Assembly: GCA_003567205.1 (NCBI GenBank)
Contig: PXAA01000123.1
Coordinates: 9,242-73,241, forward strand
Reading direction: 5' to 3'
Length of the DNA: 64,000 bases
Source of the DNA: Bacteroidales bacterium
GTDB lineage: Bacteria; Bacteroidota; Bacteroidia; Bacteroidales; UBA7960
Under the pieces are notes generated by a model. That model had not been told where the DNA came from. It did not search any database and saw only the letters and a program-made list of their open reading frames with translations. How positions within the stretch are numbered: position 1 is the stretch's first letter; each line of letters opens with the position of its first letter. Positions 60,401 through 64,000 of the stretch are shown in pieces. The position numbers were made by a program, and so were the translations under genes.

Positions 60401-61054
60401 ATGGTGCTGGCCAGTACCAGTGCGTATTGCGAAAACACCATGCTGCTGCTGGCCTACTATGTATTGAAGACCATGCAGGAAGGTATCAGGGCAAGCGGGC
60501 AGGAACCGGGAAATATCAGCACAAACGGACGGGAATTCGGGCTCATAGGACAGTTGCTATTGGAATGGCCGCTGGAAAACGTATTAAAACACACCGGCCG
60601 GAGTGCCCTGGATATACACAAAGACAAACAACTGGTGGTGATCCTCCTGAGGTTCGGAGACCATGCCTTCTGTTTTCAGGACAAAACAAGCACACGGGGC
60701 AGGCCCGGCAAAAAGACCGGGAAAGACCCGGCCATGGCCAAACAATTTGGAATTGTAATAGAGATGCTTGATGATCCGCTGGTACGCGAATACCTTGGGA
60801 CCAACCAATATGAAGGTACCTGGTACTATAGCAAAGAACAGTTCGGCCAACTGACCCGGTGGCTGTTCTCTACATCCTATCTGTCCTGTTTCAGGCAAAA
60901 GCAAACAGCACGCAGCAAAAACAAGTTGCTGTTGACAATACAACGCATGGCCGGTTTTTTGCAGAAAATTACGGGACTCTCCGACCAGGCTTCCTATCAG
61001 CTTCACATACTATCCGAAAAGCTCCAACACCACAAAAAATCACTTCAACCCTAA
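57425..61054 (+). CDS. Large (1209 aa) alpha-amylase-family (GH13-like) protein with long N- and C-terminal extensions
   Basis: Shows GH13 regions I to IV: ASDMVPNHTG, SIIRFDAAMTL, LLLAEAFWF and NFMSNPDEE (His replaced by Pro). It starts 17 nt after the kinase-like gene. Confidence 0.65.
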   Translation: MHVYSGLRKKYLLPDNLFAPDGKLSITGFPALRRLVFILNSHKQDGEPLYPGELRASSLLLEISQFLLGVYAKQIKRNVFSEASAKLEEQMGRNVLFSLAEDITKRFPPADVFNQSITAAQYLAKKTGNRPHLHQAIEEALILHLANENPVNNKLKILFDKAYLDNPEDFDGLINKMESFLKTMPPFGPEHTDICSFLKTPFRVSPNNIDGQVDYVLTQWKHILPEALLLKLIRSKDLMKEDYNMTGHGAGGAPPSVVPGYGKKGQPGEMRLGKSGFDAIKAAAEDYEEAEAFTPDTHWMPRVVLIAKNTYVWLDQLSKKYQREIRRLDQIPDEELDRLAGWHFNGLWLIGIWERSTASRKIKHLMGNQDAISSAYALYDYEIASDLGGEQAYHTLNERARMRGLRLASDMVPNHTGIYSRWVIERPDHFIQSGHPPFPGYSFTGENLSGHPHIEIRIEDGYYNNTDAAVVFQRIDRQHGDVRYIYHGNDGTMMPWNDTAQLDMIKAEVREAVMQKIFDVARKFSIIRFDAAMTLAKKHFSRLWYPRPGSGGDIPSRADHAMSKETFDRMFPVEFWREVVDRINTELPDTLLLAEAFWFMEGYFVRTLGMHRVYNSAFMHMLKNEENEKYRDLITNTLEFEPEILKRYVNFMSNPDEETAIQQFGTGDKYFGICVLMNTLPGLPMFAHGQIEGFTEKYGMEYQRAYYHEKPNQHLVERHEREIFPLMGKRYLFNEVKHFNFYDYISHDGRINENVFAYSNRHDNEKALILFNNKYEMASGHIRVSVPRLVSEGSQKIINTAALAVALGMQNAGDVYYHAREHVSGMEYLFMGADIHRDGFHWSLQGFEYRVFLSFRELRDSDGSLGELHSRLQGRGTESLEKALALQKLGDVHAAFEHIFEHESLHTFIENTIRTGKPGTHEKSIDLLCSRFQSFAGIACRKLNIPDNSAQLNKAFRQHLETIPEGMHFLSIPGHWTKPRPADSTFLLPEYMMVLASTSAYCENTMLLLAYYVLKTMQEGIRASGQEPGNISTNGREFGLIGQLLLEWPLENVLKHTGRSALDIHKDKQLVVILLRFGDHAFCFQDKTSTRGRPGKKTGKDPAMAKQFGIVIEMLDDPLVREYLGTNQYEGTWYYSKEQFGQLTRWLFSTSYLSCFRQKQTARSKNKLLLTIQRMAGFLQKITGLSDQASYQLHILSEKLQHHKKSLQP

Positions 61055-61088
61055 CGCCGGAAAACCTCCACAGAACCATATAATTATA

Positions 61089-61123
61089 AAACTAAATACC
61101 AATTACTATCTACTAATTACTAA
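61089..61123 (-). repeat. Five tandem 7-nt units of TTAGTAA type on the minus strand
   Basis: The minus strand reads TTAGTAA TTAGTAG ATAGTAA TTGGTAT TTAGTTT. The array starts 1 nt after the stop of the minus-strand lipoprotein gene and is inverted relative to the 55884-55939 array. Confidence 0.75.
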
Positions 61124-61124
61124 C

Positions 61125-61694
61125 TCAAATCGGTTCTGTAAGATCAAAATCTGCCTGAAACACAATGTCGCCATCGTAGAGCAGGCGGTAAGAAAAAGTG
61201 GTCATCTCTTCGTCCATCACTACATGCCATTCCCGGCCAAAGTTCCCATCGAGCAATTCCCTGGAATATTCATCCTTGGGAAAATATTGCGCATAAGCCG
61301 TTCCCTTTCCGTCTGAATAACCTCCATAAAGGGTATTGGCTTCAGGGGTTCCATCAGGGTACCTGTGGTCGTGGCGAAAACGCAGACGGCCATCCTCTAC
61401 AAGAAACATCCAGGTGCGTGAAGTATCGTCCGACAGATGAAAAGGAATCAGCACGCGGTCTTCTTCACAAAGGGTCACATGCATTATAAAATCAAGATGT
61501 GCCCAGCTATCGCGTCCATCCGCCATAAATGTTTCCTCCCCACGGAATGATTGTCCGCATAAGCTGGCCAGATTATCCAGAAAAGCCCGCTCTTCGGCTG
61601 ATAACTGAACCTCTTCGGCAGTTTCGCGAGGTGTCTGCCCGCAGGCAGAAAACAAAACGATGGCTGTCAACGCCACAAAAAATAGTCTGTACAT
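61125..61694 (-). CDS. Hypothetical lipoprotein
   Basis: Shows the lipobox VLFSACGQ. I recognise no family. Confidence 0.5.
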   Translation of the reverse strand: MYRLFFVALTAIVLFSACGQTPRETAEEVQLSAEERAFLDNLASLCGQSFRGEETFMADGRDSWAHLDFIMHVTLCEEDRVLIPFHLSDDTSRTWMFLVEDGRLRFRHDHRYPDGTPEANTLYGGYSDGKGTAYAQYFPKDEYSRELLDGNFGREWHVVMDEEMTTFSYRLLYDGDIVFQADFDLTEPI

Positions 61695-61832
61695 GTTTAC
61701 GTGTTTTTAGTTCATTGAATGTTTGGCTATGCGAACATAGTAATTTTTTTGATGATCCGGTGTAACTTTTTTCAGGAGCACTGCGTCATACGTTCGAAAA
61801 CAAACACAAACACCTCACACAATCACAAAACA

Positions 61833-62582
61833 ATGCATATGCAAACAAAAAAAACAATCCAAAAGCCATTCCTGCTGCTTATCTTTATTGTGGCGGGATT
61901 TCTGTTGCAAAGCTGCTATGTTGGCAGCAACAACATAATCAAGGGGGATGGCAATGTGCTGACCACCACCCATCAGCTGGAGCATTTCAAGATCATTAAC
62001 ATCACCGGAATGTATGATGTAAAACTTTTGGCCGGCCAGGAGGCTGTTGTGGTGCTGGAAACAGACAAGAACATCCAGGATCTGACTGAAATCAAGGTGA
62101 AAAACAACACCTTGTATATCCGCAACTTAGAAGAAGGGGTTTACCGTCCTACCAAAATGGAAATGCACATTACATACCCGGACCTGGAGCAGATCATGAT
62201 CGGGGGTGCTTGTAAGCTGCAGTCTGAAACCACTGTGAGCAGTGAAACACTTTTGATTGACATTGGCGGGGCAGCCGACATTACCATGGAGCTGGATGTG
62301 GAAGAGTTGATCACAAAAATAGCGGGTGCGGCCAATATTTTTTATGAAGGCCGTGCAAGCTTCCACCAGGCAACTTTGTCGGGGGCCAGCAATATGCGCG
62401 CAGAAAACTTGCTAACCCGTGAAACCCGCATAAACCTCTCAGGGGCAGGCTCCGCACATGTGCATGCCAGCCGTCACCTGCATGCCATACTCAGCGGTGT
62501 TGGTTCCATCAGGTACTACGGCAATCCTGCCGAAATCATTACCGAAAGAAGCGGATTGGGAAATATCCGCAGCGCAGAATAA
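61833..62582 (+). CDS. DUF2807 (head GIN domain, putative adhesin-like beta-helix) lipoprotein
   Basis: Shows the lipobox FLLQSCY, the sequences GDGNVLTTTHQLEHFKIINITGMYDVKL and NTLYI, and repeated GAA/GSG-containing turns. The start is set at ATG 61833. Confidence 0.6.
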   Translation: MHMQTKKTIQKPFLLLIFIVAGFLLQSCYVGSNNIIKGDGNVLTTTHQLEHFKIINITGMYDVKLLAGQEAVVVLETDKNIQDLTEIKVKNNTLYIRNLEEGVYRPTKMEMHITYPDLEQIMIGGACKLQSETTVSSETLLIDIGGAADITMELDVEELITKIAGAANIFYEGRASFHQATLSGASNMRAENLLTRETRINLSGAGSAHVHASRHLHAILSGVGSIRYYGNPAEIITERSGLGNIRSAE

Positions 62583-62622
62583 AACAAAAAACGAATAAAA
62601 GAATCTAATAAATTATTTAACC

Positions 62623-64000
62623 ATGAAAACAAAAATGATGATCACAAAGATCCTGCTGGCATTAATGGCAACCATCCCTGCCACATTAACGGCGCAAAGC
62701 GTCACCGAATCAAGGCAAGTTGGCCCGTTCAACGGAGTGGAAGCAAGCAGCGTATTCCGGGTATCCGTGACCCAAAACGATGAATATTTCCTCGAAATCG
62801 AGGCCCCGGAAGAACACATGGAGTACATTGAAACCATCGTAAAAGACGGCATCTTATTCATCGACTATGGCAGAAGTTTTCGTAATCTGAGAAACCTGGA
62901 AGTACGCGTCACTGCCCCTGAATACATTTACTTACATGCCGGCGGGACTTCTTCCATCAACAGCACAAACACTCTGAGCGCACCTGCCATGCAGTTGAAA
63001 GTTTCAGGGGCTGCCTCCATGGAAGTTTCGTTAATTGCCGACCACCTGATCTCCACTGTAAGCGGGGCAAGTAATTTGACAGTCAGTGGGGAAGCCCTCC
63101 TGCATGAACTTACCGTAAGCGGTGTGTCCGGAATACGGGCCTTTGAACTGGAAACCAGCACAACCGATGCAAAGAGCTCGGGAACTTCCAGCGCACGCAT
63201 CAGGGTGCAGGATGCCCTGACAGCACAAGCCAGCGGCACCTCAGGCATCATTGTACGCGGAAACCCGGCTGTGGCAGATTACACAACTTCAGGTACTGCC
63301 AGCGTACGCGGTGTCAATGCCACCCCGGCCCCTGTGCCCGAAAAAGCACCCAATGCCGAAATAAAAACAAAAAATGATGACACCCTGGTGATCAGTGTAG
63401 GCCACAGGGAAGTGGTAATTATTGATGGAAAAAGTCCCCGGGTCACGACCAGGAAAGTATACCGGAATATCTGGCGTAATGAATGGTCAGGGTTCTATCT
63501 CGGGATCAACGGATACATGACCCCGGACAGAAGCCTTAACCTGAATCCCGGCGACCAATACCTGGATCTTGAATACAATAATTCCATCCAGGTGAACCTC
63601 AACCTGTGGCAGCAAAGCATGGTTCTTATTAGCGGCAGCAACAGCGCGCTGGGCCTTGTATCCGGAATCGGATTCAGCTGGAACAATTACCGTTTCTCAG
63701 AAAACATCCGCCTGGTTCATGAGCAAGATTCCCTGGGCTACTTTTTTGACGATGATTTCAGTTTCAGGAAAAACAAACTGACCGTTTCCCACCTCAACGT
63801 GCCCCTGATGCTTGAATTCCAGACCAGGCAACATTACGGAAGCAGAACCCCGTTTCATATATCGGCCGGGATCAACGTGGGGCTTCGTCTCCGCAGCCAC
63901 ACCAAGCAGGTATACAAGGATAATGGCAGCCGCCAGAAAGACAAGGATTTTAAGAGTTTTCACCTGGCACCCTTCCACTACGAGGCCATAGCTCGCATTG
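62623..64000 (+). CDS. DUF2807 (head GIN) domain fused to a C-terminal outer-membrane beta-barrel-like region; 3' end beyond the window
   Basis: Absent from the ORF track because it has no stop in the window. My translation reads MKTKMMITKILLALMATIPATLTAQSVTESRQVGPFNGVEASSVFRVSVTQ..., then ...WSGFYLGINGY...LVSGIGFSWNNYRF...LNVPLMLEF. Confidence 0.55.
   Translation, partial: MKTKMMITKILLALMATIPATLTAQSVTESRQVGPFNGVEASSVFRVSVTQNDEYFLEIEAPEEHMEYIETIVKDGILFIDYGRSFRNLRNLEVRVTAPEYIYLHAGGTSSINSTNTLSAPAMQLKVSGAASMEVSLIADHLISTVSGASNLTVSGEALLHELTVSGVSGIRAFELETSTTDAKSSGTSSARIRVQDALTAQASGTSGIIVRGNPAVADYTTSGTASVRGVNATPAPVPEKAPNAEIKTKNDDTLVISVGHREVVIIDGKSPRVTTRKVYRNIWRNEWSGFYLGINGYMTPDRSLNLNPGDQYLDLEYNNSIQVNLNLWQQSMVLISGSNSALGLVSGIGFSWNNYRFSENIRLVHEQDSLGYFFDDDFSFRKNKLTVSHLNVPLMLEFQTRQHYGSRTPFHISAGINVGLRLRSHTKQVYKDNGSRQKDKDFKSFHLAPFHYEAIARI

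Overview
This 64-kb window looks like a chromosomal segment of a Bacteroidota genome. The evidence is a T9SS C-terminal sorting domain, FISUMP, DUF1573, DUF2807, DUF4271 and DUF2723 families, a Bacteroides-type sdhCAB operon, TAnnTTTG -7 promoter boxes, and CA-rich leaders with no Shine-Dalgarno sequence. I can support about 50 protein genes and one tRNA-Gln(UUG). I found no rRNA, no CRISPR array, no intact mobile element and no recognisable defence system. Housekeeping content includes ribE, sdhCAB, tadA, aspS, an ABC-F ATPase, rnpA-yidD, hemD, pta-ackA and cysS. Many peptidases are interspersed among these: a broken M6, M3 Dcp, M24 PepP, S9, an M2/ACE-like enzyme and S41. Four accessory-looking blocks stand out. 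(1) A double ArsR, thioredoxin-like and ArsP-like permease locus sits next to a DUF1573 and MauE/DoxX pair, and the two operons share a near-identical 16-nt promoter/operator motif. (2) A carotenoid locus of the glycoside-ester type (crtB, crtI, crtD-like, cruF-like, acyltransferase, GT2) has two visibly eroded genes. (3) There is an RND efflux operon. (4) A tightly coupled set of a CDP-alcohol phosphatidyltransferase, a CdsA-like cytidylyltransferase, a polyprenol-type kinase and a 1209-aa GH13-like protein is the best candidate here for an undescribed pathway. That reading is an inference from domain motifs only. At the nucleotide level the most unusual signal is a dispersed family of tandem 7-nt repeat arrays. 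TTAGTAA-type arrays sit at or after stop codons. CYCCAAA/ACTCATA-type arrays form gene tails and leaders of the next gene. Two arrays of opposite orientation bracket the lipid/GH13 genes. At least six genes are broken, shortened or reduced to fragments, which points to either genome erosion or assembly errors. All family assignments come from motif recognition by eye. No database search was run.
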